DNA of 64,000 bases from Polyangiaceae bacterium (GTDB taxonomy: Bacteria > Myxococcota_A > Polyangia > Polyangiales > Polyangiaceae). The stretch's first letter is position 1; every line of letters begins with the position of its first letter. Both the position numbers and the translations under genes were made by a program. Below, piece after piece: positions 63,655-64,000 of this stretch. The notes beneath the pieces were generated by a model. That model did no database searches. It worked only from the letters and a program-made list of their open reading frames with translations, and was not told the DNA's origin. The stretch is taken from contig CBDCTZ010000015.1 of the NCBI GenBank assembly GCA_965222375.1, positions 192,001-256,000 of the forward strand, read 5' to 3'.

Positions 63655-64000
63655 ATGGGGATCCGTTCGCTTTTGCCGCTCGCCCTGTTGGCCACCACTC
63701 ACTGCGGCGGCGGCGCTCCCGAGCCGGCGGCGCCTACGTCGGAGCCCGTCGCCGATCCACCCGCCGCCGACCCAGCGACCATGCCCGAAGCCGAGCCGGA
63801 GGCACCGGCGGTCGAAGCACCCGCGGCCTGGGCCGACGACCTCAGCATGGATCAGAAGAAGGCCTTCATGCAGGCCAAGGTCATGCCGAAGATGAAGGCG
63901 CTGTTCGAGGGGATGAGTGCCGAACACTACGCCGACTTCAGCTGCAAGACCTGCCACGGCCCAGAGTGGAAGAAGCCGAAGGACTTCTTGCCGACGCTCG
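63655..64000 (+). CDS. c-type cytochrome lipoprotein (3'-partial; absent from ORF track)
   Basis: Read directly: MGIRSLLPLALLATTHC...FSCKTCHGPEWKKP; CxxCH; AGGA upstream. Confidence 0.8.
   Translation, partial: MGIRSLLPLALLATTHCGGGAPEPAAPTSEPVADPPAADPATMPEAEPEAPAVEAPAAWADDLSMDQKKAFMQAKVMPKMKALFEGMSAEHYADFSCKTCHGPEWKKPKDFLPTL

Overview
GC-rich 64 kb window that looks like Myxococcota (Polyangiaceae-like). This is inferred from a MYXO-CTERM protein and about 20 lipoproteins with Gly/Ser linkers and Cys-rich domains. Housekeeping and metabolic genes: suhB/ychJ/mpl/argS, metF, a MatB-like ligase, TetR+P450, and ppgK+glycogen debranching enzyme+GH63. There is also a peptidoglycan-enzyme cluster (3D domain, M15 peptidase, SpoIID-NlpC/P60 fusion). 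Main finding: two ORFs in the track (29609-27978 and 27959-27660, minus strand) are one gene joined by an in-frame UGA. The UGA sits in a U-P-I-C redox motif and is followed by a SECIS-like hairpin, predicting a 649-aa exported selenoprotein (lipoprotein, LVIVD propeller, TlpA/redoxin domain). A Cys counterpart (C-P-I-C) lies at 47.9 kb. A decayed copy of the selenoprotein 3' end at 19.7 kb brackets a 7.9 kb mosaic segment. That segment holds an internally deleted group II intron RT remnant, a headless FG-GAP gene and a pseudogene. No rRNA, tRNA, CRISPR array or intact mobile element was recognised. All product calls come from motif recognition by eye, not database searches.
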